A DNA stretch of 62,614 nt from Mycoplasmatota bacterium (lineage in GTDB: Bacteria > Bacillota_I > Bacilli_A > MAG-NZ), in NCBI GenBank assembly GCA_018394315.1, contig CP074575.1:1054001-1116614 (forward strand), written 5' to 3'. The notes under the pieces were generated by a model, which was not told where the DNA came from, searched no databases, and saw only the letters and a list, made by a program, of their open reading frames with translations. Numbering within the stretch: position 1 is the first letter of the stretch; each line of letters begins with the position of its first letter. Both the position numbers and the translations under genes were made by a program. Below, in pieces: positions 9,476 to 19,299 of this stretch.

Positions 9476-10756
9476 ATGACTACCATTAATTCAATTGAAG
9501 AACTTAAAGGAATTAATTTTGAACTAATTCCTGAAGATGATAAATGGAGTTTTGGAGAGAGCAAGGAGCATCCTATGCACAGAATCCATGCTTACCCTGC
9601 CAAATTTCCTGGTTTCATTGCCGAAAAGGCCATAGATTTCGCACTAGATAATGGAGTGGTTCTTGAAACTATTGCTGATACTTTTTGTGGGTGTGGTACT
9701 GTCGCACTTGCTGCTAAGCAAAGGAACTTCAATTTCTGGGGAGTTGACATCAATCCAGTTGCAACTTTAATTGCAAATTCTAAACTTCATGATTATGATA
9801 TTTTCAAAGTTGAAGAGTACTATAAAGAAATTAAATCAAATCTGCTGGGTAGCACTGAAAGTTTAAGTCAGTCCTCTAATAGTAGAATCCAGTATTGGTT
9901 TAACAAGAACACTATTGGTGAACTTTCAAGACTTCTAGAATCCATAAATACAACTGCCCCTGAAGGAAAGTATAGAGATTTATTTTTGACTGTATACTCA
10001 AGTATTCTGAAAACCACTTCTAAATGGTTATCAAAGTCAATCAAACCTCAAGTAGATCCTAATAAAATCATCATAAAAGTGACAGATGCATTTGAAAGAA
10101 ATTACAATAAAACCCTTAAGGCATTAAAGATTGCATCTGAGTCATCTTCGAATATTACTATAGAAACCAATAATTTTCTAAATACGAATTGTGTCGCACC
10201 TAAGATCGATTTACTAGTTACAAGTCCTCCATACGTAACATCTTATGAGTATGCAGATTTGCACCAATTATCTACTCTTTGGCTCGGGTTTACAGAGGAT
10301 TACAAAGAACTAAGGCAGGACACAATTGGTAGTTTGTACAAGAGTGGTTCCAGAGGCGATGTTCGTGAAGGTCGCTTGAATCAGACAGTGAAGCAAATGA
10401 TTTTGAATTTAAATGATACTAATATTTCAAAGACAAGAATCAATTCAATAATAACTTATTACTTAGACATGCAGAATGTAGTCAAAAAAATAGCAAGATC
10501 GATAAATAATAATGGAATGGTTGTGTTTGTCATTGGAGATACAGAATATAAGGGAATTAAAATAACAAACGCTAAGCATTTAGTAGAATGTCTTCTCTTA
10601 AACAACATTGCTGATATAAAACTTGTAAAAAGGAAGATTTCAAATAAATCATTAACACCGTATAGAGATAAGAACGGGAGATTCACTAAAGATAAAAACG
10701 CAAGAAAGATTTATAGCGAGGAATTTGTAGTTATTGGGAGGAAATTTGATGCCTAA
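9476..10756 (+). CDS. Amino (N4-C/N6-A) DNA methyltransferase
   Basis: HRIHAYPAKF, SAM motif DTFCGCGT, catalytic TSPPY (SPPY suggests N4-cytosine). Confidence 0.9.
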   Translation: MTTINSIEELKGINFELIPEDDKWSFGESKEHPMHRIHAYPAKFPGFIAEKAIDFALDNGVVLETIADTFCGCGTVALAAKQRNFNFWGVDINPVATLIANSKLHDYDIFKVEEYYKEIKSNLLGSTESLSQSSNSRIQYWFNKNTIGELSRLLESINTTAPEGKYRDLFLTVYSSILKTTSKWLSKSIKPQVDPNKIIIKVTDAFERNYNKTLKALKIASESSSNITIETNNFLNTNCVAPKIDLLVTSPPYVTSYEYADLHQLSTLWLGFTEDYKELRQDTIGSLYKSGSRGDVREGRLNQTVKQMILNLNDTNISKTRINSIITYYLDMQNVVKKIARSINNNGMVVFVIGDTEYKGIKITNAKHLVECLLLNNIADIKLVKRKISNKSLTPYRDKNGRFTKDKNARKIYSEEFVVIGRKFDA

Positions 10757-13043
10757 GAAAAAGGAAGAATTACGCATGAGACCTTATGCAAGGTTGTTAA
10801 CCATGCTAAGTGAGCAACTTATAAAGAATGAAATAATTGCATTATCAGAGTTAATCAAAAATGCTTATGATGCTGGTTCAAAGTGGGTCGAAGTAAATTT
10901 TGAAAATTTCGGGGAGAATTATGAAATTTTTGGAGATTCTCAAATTACTATTTCAGATACTGGTTGTGGAATGAATAAGGATATTATTGTAAACCATTTT
11001 ATGAACCCTGCGACATCTGTGAAAAAACACTTGGATTCAAACTCTGAGAACAGAGTACCGCAGGGTGAAAAAGGAATTGGTAGATTCTCTATGTTCAAAC
11101 TTGGTAACAAAGTAAATATCATTACTAAGACTATAGATGAAAACTTTGGACATAACTTAACATTTGACTTCTCTGACTATGATAACGAGTTTTTACAACA
11201 AAATGGGGAAGAAAAGGAAATCTATCTAGATTCCATCTATGCAGAATATGAAAAAATTTATAATGTCGAGATTCTGAAAAAGAATAAAGGTACAATAATA
11301 GAAATTACAGGAATAAAAGGAAGTTGGAATTCTAAAAAGGTACGTGAGTTTGTAGATGAAATGGTAAGATTTATTCCTATAAAGTTTCAAGACAAAGAAT
11401 CAAATAAAGTCAAAAAAAACACCTTTGAGATAAGATTGTTAAAGGATGGAATCAAGCTCAGAAATTTTGAAGAAGCTGCTAAGGAAATAAGAAACATCGT
11501 TGAGCACAAAGCAGTAATCAAAATTACAGATGGTTTCTATGATGAGAAGAAAAAAACAGTGAGCTTTAATTATCAAAAGGGAGACTCTATTGTTAGAAAA
11601 GGCTTTATCGACTTGGTCCCAAAAAGCAAAGATATTATGAGTAGGTCGCAACATTCTTTTACTGCGAAAATGCAAGGTCTTTCATTATACAGGGGAAGTT
11701 CGGTAATAAAGGAACCGGTTTCAGACTATTTTGGGGAAGGTGAAACTACTTCATGTGGATCCTTTTCATTTAAATTTTATGTTTTTGATTTTTCAGGTAC
11801 CCAATTGGATCCTTACGGACTGAATAAGAATGAGAAAAATAGATTACGGAACCATAGAGTTTTCTTATATCGTGATGGGGTTAGAGTACAACCATATGGA
11901 GCAAGTGATGACGACTGGTTAGAAATGGATAGAAGAAGAGCTGCAACTAAAGCTAGTGAGATTTTCAGTAATGATCAAATATTAGGAGAAATAGGTATCG
12001 GAAAATTCAGCAATCCGAACTTAATAGATAAAACTAACAGAGAAGGTTTAATAACAGATGACGAGTCCTTTAAACAAATGATTACTCTTATAGGAGCATT
12101 TCTAAGTACCATAAGAGTAAGTTTGTATATGGAATATATTTACTCGAAGAACAAAAGAAAAGAAGAAGATAAAAAATCAAAACAAGCAAACTATACTATT
12201 GATTTGCAATACCTAGCGAATACTTTTAAAAGCGATAAACAATTATTAAAAAGAGTCAAAAACATCGAGGATGAGTTTCACAGACAAGACAAACAACACG
12301 CTAGTAGGATGAAGATAGTAGAAAATCTAGCAGGAATTGGTCTGTCAGTGGAAATGGCAGCTCATGATACAAATTTGACAATTAGTAGATTAGTTGACAA
12401 AATTGGTTACCTGAGGAGTGAATTGGTACAAGCACCCTTAACAATAATGAATAATTTACATTCAATACAAGAAAGTGTAATTAGTGCAGAGGAAGGTGTG
12501 GCGCTTCTAAGAGATAAGATGAAAAACATTGACCAACTATTTGCCTCTTCAAGTTCACGACCAAAAAATGTTAGGATAGAAGAAATCATACGTAAAGTTG
12601 AACTCATGTATGGAAAAAAACTACGAGATGCAGATATAGTTGTTAAGTATAATCTCATTGGGATATCACCACTCATTGTTAGGATTGTAGACGCATTTGT
12701 TTATCAAATATTCATAAATTTATTTGACAATGCATGCTACTTTCTTGATGGTATAGAAGGTACAAAAATTATTACAATCACCCTAGATTCTGAAAGGCTA
12801 AAAGTTATTTTCTCAGACAATGGACCAGGTATATCTTCATTAGATAAACCTTTCGTATTCGATGCTTTTTACTCTACAAAAGGAGAAGAAGGAAAAGGTC
12901 TGGGGATGTATATTGCTAAGAGGTTGCTTGAAAGAGGAGAATTTAACATATATATACCTAGACTCGCAGAAGAAGTAATTCATGAAGGGGCTAATTTCGT
13001 AATAGATTTCGCAAAAAACAATGAAAGTGATGGTTCGTATTGA
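10749..13043 (+). CDS. MORC-like GHKL ATPase fused to a C-terminal histidine kinase
   Basis: N-terminal ELIKNAYDA, DTGCGM, GEKGIGRFS, GTIIEI; middle LYRDGVRVQPYG..DDWL and DKTNREGL; C-terminal H-box AAHD, NLFDNA, DNGPG, FYSTK, GKGLGMY. SD GGGAGG before ATG 10749. Confidence 0.9.
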   Translation: MPKKKEELRMRPYARLLTMLSEQLIKNEIIALSELIKNAYDAGSKWVEVNFENFGENYEIFGDSQITISDTGCGMNKDIIVNHFMNPATSVKKHLDSNSENRVPQGEKGIGRFSMFKLGNKVNIITKTIDENFGHNLTFDFSDYDNEFLQQNGEEKEIYLDSIYAEYEKIYNVEILKKNKGTIIEITGIKGSWNSKKVREFVDEMVRFIPIKFQDKESNKVKKNTFEIRLLKDGIKLRNFEEAAKEIRNIVEHKAVIKITDGFYDEKKKTVSFNYQKGDSIVRKGFIDLVPKSKDIMSRSQHSFTAKMQGLSLYRGSSVIKEPVSDYFGEGETTSCGSFSFKFYVFDFSGTQLDPYGLNKNEKNRLRNHRVFLYRDGVRVQPYGASDDDWLEMDRRRAATKASEIFSNDQILGEIGIGKFSNPNLIDKTNREGLITDDESFKQMITLIGAFLSTIRVSLYMEYIYSKNKRKEEDKKSKQANYTIDLQYLANTFKSDKQLLKRVKNIEDEFHRQDKQHASRMKIVENLAGIGLSVEMAAHDTNLTISRLVDKIGYLRSELVQAPLTIMNNLHSIQESVISAEEGVALLRDKMKNIDQLFASSSSRPKNVRIEEIIRKVELMYGKKLRDADIVVKYNLIGISPLIVRIVDAFVYQIFINLFDNACYFLDGIEGTKIITITLDSERLKVIFSDNGPGISSLDKPFVFDAFYSTKGEEGKGLGMYIAKRLLERGEFNIYIPRLAEEVIHEGANFVIDFAKNNESDGSY

Positions 13044-14335
13044 TGAAGGTAGAAGATGTCAAAAATATTTCTGATATAATGAAGAAAGGATTAGTACTAA
13101 TAGTCGATGATAAAGTCGGTGTTGAAGATTCATCTGATAGAGTAAATGCTATCGTGACAAGCCTTGAACAGACGAGTCTTTTATTGATTAAATTGAGGAA
13201 TATTCCAGAACAAAAGACTGAATCATTCGCTAATTTGGCCTTCATTATTTTGGACTGGGAACTGAATCTGGATATTCCAGATGCTCCAGCTGGAGTAAAT
13301 CTTAAACAGGATGTAAAAACCGTTGATAAAGGGGAGATTATAAAGTTTATCGACGAAATTTCTAACAAGTATTTCATTCCAATCTTTATTTTTACAGGAC
13401 GTAGTAACAAGGAAATTGAAGACATTAAAAAGGACATAGTTAATACAAGTTCATTTTATAGTGAAACCAACATAGAGGAAAGTAATCTCTTTATTAAAAA
13501 TAAAGAAGAACTCCTGGAAGAAGGAGTGTTTGAAGTTTTCGACCAATGGTTAGTTGAAAATCCTGCAATATATTTAATGAAGGAGTATGAGAATACATTC
13601 TATAAATCAATACATAATTTTTATAGATCTATGGTAGAGTCTCATAAATCATGGCCAATAGTTGCTTATAACACCATACTTGAGGATAATATTGAACCTC
13701 TCCCTGCTATGAAGGAGTTCTTGAGTAAATGTATTACTGCGCATTCTGGTGACTTTTCATTTAACAAAGATTTTTTTAGTATAGAGCCAACAGATCAGAT
13801 TGAACAATTACAAAAAATATGGGAGAATATGAAGTTTATTACATATTCAGAAGAATATTTAGAAAATGTGGAATCTCAAACGTCAGGAGATATCTATGTG
13901 TTCAATGGTGAAGGAGGTGCCAGCAAAAGAAGGTATTTGATTAACATAACACCAGTATGTAACACTAGAAACGGCAAGATGCTCTATTTATTGGGTAAAC
14001 GTAAAAATAAAACGGAGGAAGATGGTCTCCACAACGGTTCTATAATCGACAGAGCAAACGAAAAGACAATTCCTAATCTGCTAGATCAGAAATTTATCTC
14101 ATTTGACTTTACAAAGTTTAATGTTTTCTTATTTGATGAAGGCTCAAATTTTAATAAAGTGACTATCCAAAAAAGAACTACAAAGAGAGTAGACGGAAAA
14201 CCTGTAGTACAACTAGATAACCAGGAATATGTTTTAGTTGGAAGACTTATGGAGCCATATCTCTCGACTTTACAAAGGGCTAATTCTAATTACATTAGTA
14301 GAATTGGAACTCCAAGGTTGCCCAAAGTTTCATAA
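13040..14335 (+). CDS. Receiver-domain protein with a large uncharacterised C-terminal region
   Basis: LIVDD, IILDW, IFTG and IKNK receiver motifs; overlaps the kinase stop codon. Confidence 0.75.
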   Translation: MMKVEDVKNISDIMKKGLVLIVDDKVGVEDSSDRVNAIVTSLEQTSLLLIKLRNIPEQKTESFANLAFIILDWELNLDIPDAPAGVNLKQDVKTVDKGEIIKFIDEISNKYFIPIFIFTGRSNKEIEDIKKDIVNTSSFYSETNIEESNLFIKNKEELLEEGVFEVFDQWLVENPAIYLMKEYENTFYKSIHNFYRSMVESHKSWPIVAYNTILEDNIEPLPAMKEFLSKCITAHSGDFSFNKDFFSIEPTDQIEQLQKIWENMKFITYSEEYLENVESQTSGDIYVFNGEGGASKRRYLINITPVCNTRNGKMLYLLGKRKNKTEEDGLHNGSIIDRANEKTIPNLLDQKFISFDFTKFNVFLFDEGSNFNKVTIQKRTTKRVDGKPVVQLDNQEYVLVGRLMEPYLSTLQRANSNYISRIGTPRLPKVS

Positions 14336-14663
14336 TCTTAATTTGAAAGCTCACCGATTAAACCTTAGAATATGACAATAATTTAGGAAGTTACATTTGT
14401 TATTAATCTATCATTAATATACATTTACTGTTATATTTAAAAATAATTGCTCTTATGCAATTATTTTTATGAGAGTAAGAATCCGTCACCTAAAAAGTAC
14501 AATGGGGGTAGGTAGAGGTCTTTTATGATGCAGCATTTCATTAAAGTGACGATTTTTACGCACGGTAAGTACTGATACTGATAGGATGTGATATAATTTA
14601 GACAACAATTCTTGTAACTGTGGATGTTTGAATTTATTGTCTTATCAAGTAGGAGGAAGAACA

Positions 14664-17243
14664 ATGAATAAAAAATTAGAAATGCATGCTATGGTAGATG
14701 CAATAGAAAGGGATTTAATTTGCTATATAAGTGCAAAGGTTAATGACAAGAATGTCCCTGCAAAAATCATAAAAAAAATTAAAGAAAGATTAGGATATTA
14801 TAATCTGGAAGAGGGAGTATTATACTTGGATCTCCAGGACTTTATTGAGATAATAAATATTAATTCCAAAAGATTAGATTTCGATGAAGAAGAGATTAAG
14901 TATTTAAACAAGCATATAGTAAGAATCATACCTATAAGGAATAGAGTAATGCATCCTAGACCTCTAGAATTCGATGATTATCCTATTCTGAAAAATGTGT
15001 TTAATTGTGTTTCTATTTATATAAAAACTATTAAGTGGAAGTGTACAGAAAAAGTTATTAAGATAGTTTCAGATTCACCAAATGATTTACTTTCTCTAGA
15101 TTTTAGAGAAGTAAGTAAACAATCCGATATATTCGAGAACCTTCCACTTCCAGATTTTGATGATACAACCTATATTGGTAGAAGGAGAGAGAGAGCAGAA
15201 ATTAGGGAATTACTCTTGAATGATAGGGTATATGTTGTAACTGTTAAAGGTGAAGGAGGAATAGGAAAATCGGCCACTGTCTTAAAAACACTTTACGATC
15301 TACTAGATGATAGCGAGAATCCCTTTGAAGCAATAATTTGGAGTACACTTAAAACAGAACACTTAAATAATTCGGAATTTATAAAAATAAATGATGCTAT
15401 AAATTCTTTTGAATTATTACAATCCAATATCTCAAATGAGGTGATTAAAGACAGTAACCTAACAGAAGAAGAAAATATAATGAATTTTGTCAAAGAGTTT
15501 AACACCTTATTAGTAATAGATAACTTAGAAACATTGAATTCAGATGATGTAAGAGACTTTATTATTAGATTCACAGAGTACGGTAAAATTCTGATTACTT
15601 CAAGAATAGGATTAGGAGAACTTGAGAGACGATATAGTCTCGACACAATGAGTGATAATGATTCATTTGCGTACGCCACAGCCCTTCTTTCCTATCATAA
15701 TCTTGAGAGCATTTTTAGCAACGAGGAATTAAAACACCTAATTAAAGATGAACTATATTGCAATCCGCTTTCAATTAAGTGGTATGTGAGATCATTAGCC
15801 AATGGACTGGATCATAATGATGTTCTAAAAAATAAGATGGATGTAGTAAACTTTTGCATGTCAAATGTATATGAAGGTCTAAGTGAACTCTCGATGCTTG
15901 TACTATCGGTGTGTGTTATAGAGGATAGACCACTAAGTTACCCTAATATTACCTTTTTACTGGATATGAAATATGAGTTAGAATTTAAGATAAGAAGGTC
16001 TGTAAACGAACTAGACATCTCCAATTTCTTAGAATCGAGCAAGCTAAAAAGAGGAATAGTTAACTTAACTGCAATCGCAAGGAATTATTTAAGAATTAAC
16101 CATTTTCCGGACAAGAAACTGATAGAGAGAATAATTAGAAAACGTAAGAAACTCAGCAACTTAAAGCAAGAGATGGAAATTAAAAATATCCAAGACAGGT
16201 ATAATCCCAAATCTCTTATGTCGTTTGATAAAGAAAACAATTTAGTTGCGGGATGGTACTTATTTCGTGCTATAGAATGTAAAGAAAGCTCTGATTGGGA
16301 ACAAGCTTTTGAGTACGTAGAGATGGCAAAAAAAATCTCACCAAAATATTTTGAATCGTATAAAATCTCAGCATATTTATTGTCGTGTAAGGGTGACAAA
16401 AACGCCAATACGGAATACAAGACAGCTTATGACCTATGCACAACTGACGATGAGAGGGTCACGATACTAGCACTTTGGGCATCTCATTCTCTTGAAAGAG
16501 AGGACAGACATGAAGCCTTAAGGATGATAAATGAAGCTGAACGAATTGATGGTTCAAATTATCACATAAAACTAGACAAAGTTAAAATGTTGAGTAACCT
16601 GGGTAAATATGACGAGGCCATTAGCATATTGGAAAATATAGATATAAGTAAATTATCTACTCTAAAATACAAGAATATTTACTATACTAGATATGCAGAT
16701 GTTTATAGAAGAAGATCAGAGAGAATAGAGTTCAAATATTTCGATGGAAGATTTTCTCTTTTGCAAAAAGCTTATGATGTACTAGAAAAATCTCCTGGTT
16801 CAGATTTTAGGCTCGCAAACATGAAAATAAGGATTCTTCAATTGATTTCTGAGTATTCTACAAGGGAAGAAGCAATGGAATTTTTATTAGAGAAAATTTC
16901 TAGTGATGAGATAGAACTATATAGCCACTCAAAATTCGACAAGTTTATCAAATCCTTTAGAAGCAGAGTTGTTAATATTGATAACGAAGAATTGAAGAAT
17001 CAGTTAAAAAGATATTTAGTAGACTATAATGAAAAAGCCACAGCGGTTAAAGAGAAGGATGAAGGAATCGTTGTATTTATGAAAGATAATTATGGATTTG
17101 TAAAAAACGCATCATTAAAGAGAGGATTGTATTTTACCTTACCAAGGAAGTTAAGTTTGAGGTTGGGTGATAGAGTAAAATTCCAGATACGAGATAGTTC
17201 TAAAGGACAACCTGCAGCAAGGATTCTTGATAAGATAGCCTAA
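14664..17243 (+). CDS. NLR-like STAND protein: HEPN - NB-ARC - TPR - cold-shock/OB domain
   Basis: IRNRVMH (RxxxxH), YIGR, GEGGIGKS, LLVIDNLE, ILITSR, NPLSI, TPR-like helices, C-terminal NYGFV...LGDRVKFQI...GQPAA. SD AGGAGG before ATG 14664. Confidence 0.85.
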   Translation: MNKKLEMHAMVDAIERDLICYISAKVNDKNVPAKIIKKIKERLGYYNLEEGVLYLDLQDFIEIININSKRLDFDEEEIKYLNKHIVRIIPIRNRVMHPRPLEFDDYPILKNVFNCVSIYIKTIKWKCTEKVIKIVSDSPNDLLSLDFREVSKQSDIFENLPLPDFDDTTYIGRRRERAEIRELLLNDRVYVVTVKGEGGIGKSATVLKTLYDLLDDSENPFEAIIWSTLKTEHLNNSEFIKINDAINSFELLQSNISNEVIKDSNLTEEENIMNFVKEFNTLLVIDNLETLNSDDVRDFIIRFTEYGKILITSRIGLGELERRYSLDTMSDNDSFAYATALLSYHNLESIFSNEELKHLIKDELYCNPLSIKWYVRSLANGLDHNDVLKNKMDVVNFCMSNVYEGLSELSMLVLSVCVIEDRPLSYPNITFLLDMKYELEFKIRRSVNELDISNFLESSKLKRGIVNLTAIARNYLRINHFPDKKLIERIIRKRKKLSNLKQEMEIKNIQDRYNPKSLMSFDKENNLVAGWYLFRAIECKESSDWEQAFEYVEMAKKISPKYFESYKISAYLLSCKGDKNANTEYKTAYDLCTTDDERVTILALWASHSLEREDRHEALRMINEAERIDGSNYHIKLDKVKMLSNLGKYDEAISILENIDISKLSTLKYKNIYYTRYADVYRRRSERIEFKYFDGRFSLLQKAYDVLEKSPGSDFRLANMKIRILQLISEYSTREEAMEFLLEKISSDEIELYSHSKFDKFIKSFRSRVVNIDNEELKNQLKRYLVDYNEKATAVKEKDEGIVVFMKDNYGFVKNASLKRGLYFTLPRKLSLRLGDRVKFQIRDSSKGQPAARILDKIA

Positions 17244-17325
17244 CTAATAAATTCATTCTCGTAGCATAGGCAGTTAGTATAGGTATTATGGGTTAAGAAT
17301 TTATCTGTTTCATATTCAAATTTAT

Positions 17326-17358
17326 AAAATAATCGAAATAAATTCGATTATTTTTTTT
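17326..17358 (+). terminator. Intrinsic terminator after the NLR-like gene
   Basis: AAAATAATCGAA / TTCGATTATTTT stem plus T-run. Confidence 0.65.
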
Positions 17359-17518
17359 GAGAGTAAGTTTCTGTCGCTCTAAAACGTATAATGTGGTTAG
17401 ATTTATATAAAAACACTTGTGGACGTTCTTTGAAAAAATCCATATTGAAGTAAGTAATAATGATTTTTTGTAAGTATTTTACTTCAAGAGATATAGTTTG
17501 CATATGATATTTCTCAAA

Positions 17519-17547
17519 CGGGGGTTCGACTCCCCCCAACTCCACCA
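17519..17547 (+). ncRNA. tmRNA (ssrA) 3'-end fragment, att-site relic (site A); not a full gene
   Basis: GGGGG-TTCGACT-CCCCC T-arm + CAACTCC-A-CCA with the U70 alanine determinant. The matching GGGGTTG 5' end is not found upstream. Confidence 0.8.
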
Positions 17548-17555
17548 ATGAAATT

Positions 17556-19032
17556 TGAAATGGCTTCCAAAAGTTGGAGAAATGGTATAATTAATTACCT
17601 ACTCTGATGAAGGGAGCTTTTATTATGCGTTATACATTAAAAGAGAAGTTAAAAATGTGTATTGAACATGTAGAAGAACATAAGTCATTGTCACATGTGT
17701 CTGAGAGATACAACAACTATGATTTGAGTAGTTTGAAGTATTTAGTGGCTTTATACAAGACGTATGGAGAGAAGCCATTTATACAAAGAAAGATAAGATC
17801 ATATAGAAGAGATACTAAATTGTTGGCTATTGGAAGAGTAGAAACAGGAGAATCGATAAGACGTGTAGCTCTAGATTTTGAATTACTTGATCCAAGTATA
17901 TTAGGAGATTGGGTAAAGGTATATAGAACAAAAGGTAAGGAAGCAATAAAGGATACTCACTCTAGAAAAGCGTACATGTCAGAAGAAGAAAGAAATAAGT
18001 ATAAAGTGGATAAAGCGTTGAAAGAGGAAAACGAAAGACTGAGAGCTGAGATAGAATACTTAAAAAAGTCGCAGTCCTTAATTCAAAAGCTAAAAAAAGT
18101 GACTAATAGAGAAAAGGCAGCTATTGTCACTGAATTAAGGAAAGATTTTAGTTTAAAGGTCCTTTTGGATGTAACGGGAATGGCGTCATCTGTTTATTAC
18201 TACAACGTGAATAAAATAAAAGAAAACAAAGATAACTACATAGAGATAAAAGAAGAGATTGATTACCTATACTTGATAAAGCACAAGAAACGTATGGGAT
18301 ATCAACGAATATATATCGAATTACAGAAACTAGGATATCGTATAGGTAAGAACAAAGTGTTAGAAATAATGAGAGAAAAAGGATATCTTAAGAAGAAAGC
18401 TAAGAAATGGAGAAAATACAATTCATATGAAGGAATAGTAGGAAAACTATTTCCAAACGAAATGAATCAGGAATTCACTACAAGTCGACCATACGAAAAA
18501 GCAGGGACAGATATCACAATGTTTCCAATGGAAGAGGAATCAGTATACCTTTCTCCAGTAATTGATTTTCATTCAAGAGAAGTGTTATCATATACAGTAG
18601 GTACGAATGCAAAGATGGATAAAATTGATTCAATGATGAAGGAACTAAAAGCAAATCATTCAGTAAGAGTAAAAGGTATGATAATTCAACCCGATCAAGG
18701 CATACAATATCAAAATTCAAGGTACAGAGAAATGGTTCAAAGTTTAGGAATGAAACAATCGATGAGTCGAAAAGGAAATTGTTTAGATAATTCACCAACT
18801 GAAAACTTCTTTGGAAGAATGAAAGAAGAGATGTGGAATGGGTGTCAAGAACAGTACAAAGATGCCAATGAATTAATGAGTACTATACACGAATATATAG
18901 ATTATTACAATAACACAAGAATAGTAACTAGACACAAGATGAGTCCAGTAAACTATAGAAATGAGTATTTTAAAGAAGCAAATATGGTGGGGGGTTAATC
19001 AAAATCATCTCCAATATTTGAAAGCCACTTCA
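17556..19032 (+). mobile_element. IS3-family insertion sequence
   Basis: TG...CA ends; imperfect IRs TGAAATGGCTTCCAAAAGTTGGAGA and TCTCCAATATTTGAAAGCCACTTCA. Flanks differ (no TSD). Confidence 0.9.
17625..18998 (+). CDS. IS3-family transposase (OrfA+OrfB in one frame)
   Basis: N-terminal HTHs, ENERLRAEIEYLKK, DDE motifs GTDIT / QPDQG / SRKGNCLDNSPTENFFG. Confidence 0.9.
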   Translation: MRYTLKEKLKMCIEHVEEHKSLSHVSERYNNYDLSSLKYLVALYKTYGEKPFIQRKIRSYRRDTKLLAIGRVETGESIRRVALDFELLDPSILGDWVKVYRTKGKEAIKDTHSRKAYMSEEERNKYKVDKALKEENERLRAEIEYLKKSQSLIQKLKKVTNREKAAIVTELRKDFSLKVLLDVTGMASSVYYYNVNKIKENKDNYIEIKEEIDYLYLIKHKKRMGYQRIYIELQKLGYRIGKNKVLEIMREKGYLKKKAKKWRKYNSYEGIVGKLFPNEMNQEFTTSRPYEKAGTDITMFPMEEESVYLSPVIDFHSREVLSYTVGTNAKMDKIDSMMKELKANHSVRVKGMIIQPDQGIQYQNSRYREMVQSLGMKQSMSRKGNCLDNSPTENFFGRMKEEMWNGCQEQYKDANELMSTIHEYIDYYNNTRIVTRHKMSPVNYRNEYFKEANMVGG

Positions 19033-19034
19033 GT

Positions 19035-19190
19035 ATAGAGCATTCTACAAATCTGCAGACAATAGAAAGAGATAGAATTAAGAATATGCTTTGTGAAAAG
19101 GCAGGTCTTAAGCTTGTTAGAATTAGTAACGATTATGTAAGATGATATGAGCATGTCAAACGAGTAATAATGGATCTTTTGAGAAAGTAA
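19035..19190 (+). pseudogene. 3' remnant of a DUF2726-like (PD-(D/E)xK/Vsr-like) gene cut by the IS3
   Basis: IEHSTNLQTIERDRIKNMLCEKAGLKLVRISNDYVR*YEHVKRVIMDLLRK begins at the IS end; internal TGA at 19143. Confidence 0.65.
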
Positions 19191-19299
19191 TTATTTAAAT
19201 TGAGAATAAAGTTATTGTCATTTCTTTATATATGTAGAATATTGTATTATAATGAGATATCCATTTATTTTCCAGACAGTTATGTGAGGGGGGACTACA

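Noticed and set aside
17180..17547. Complete tmRNA gene
   Set aside because: The required 5' acceptor strand (GGGGTTG) is absent upstream, and a terminator and the NLR gene occupy that space. Only the 3' end is supported.
17348..17548. 66-aa minus-strand ORF MVELGGVEPP...
   Set aside because: It is the antisense translation of the tmRNA 3' end. The ORF at 56649-56903 is the same kind of artefact.
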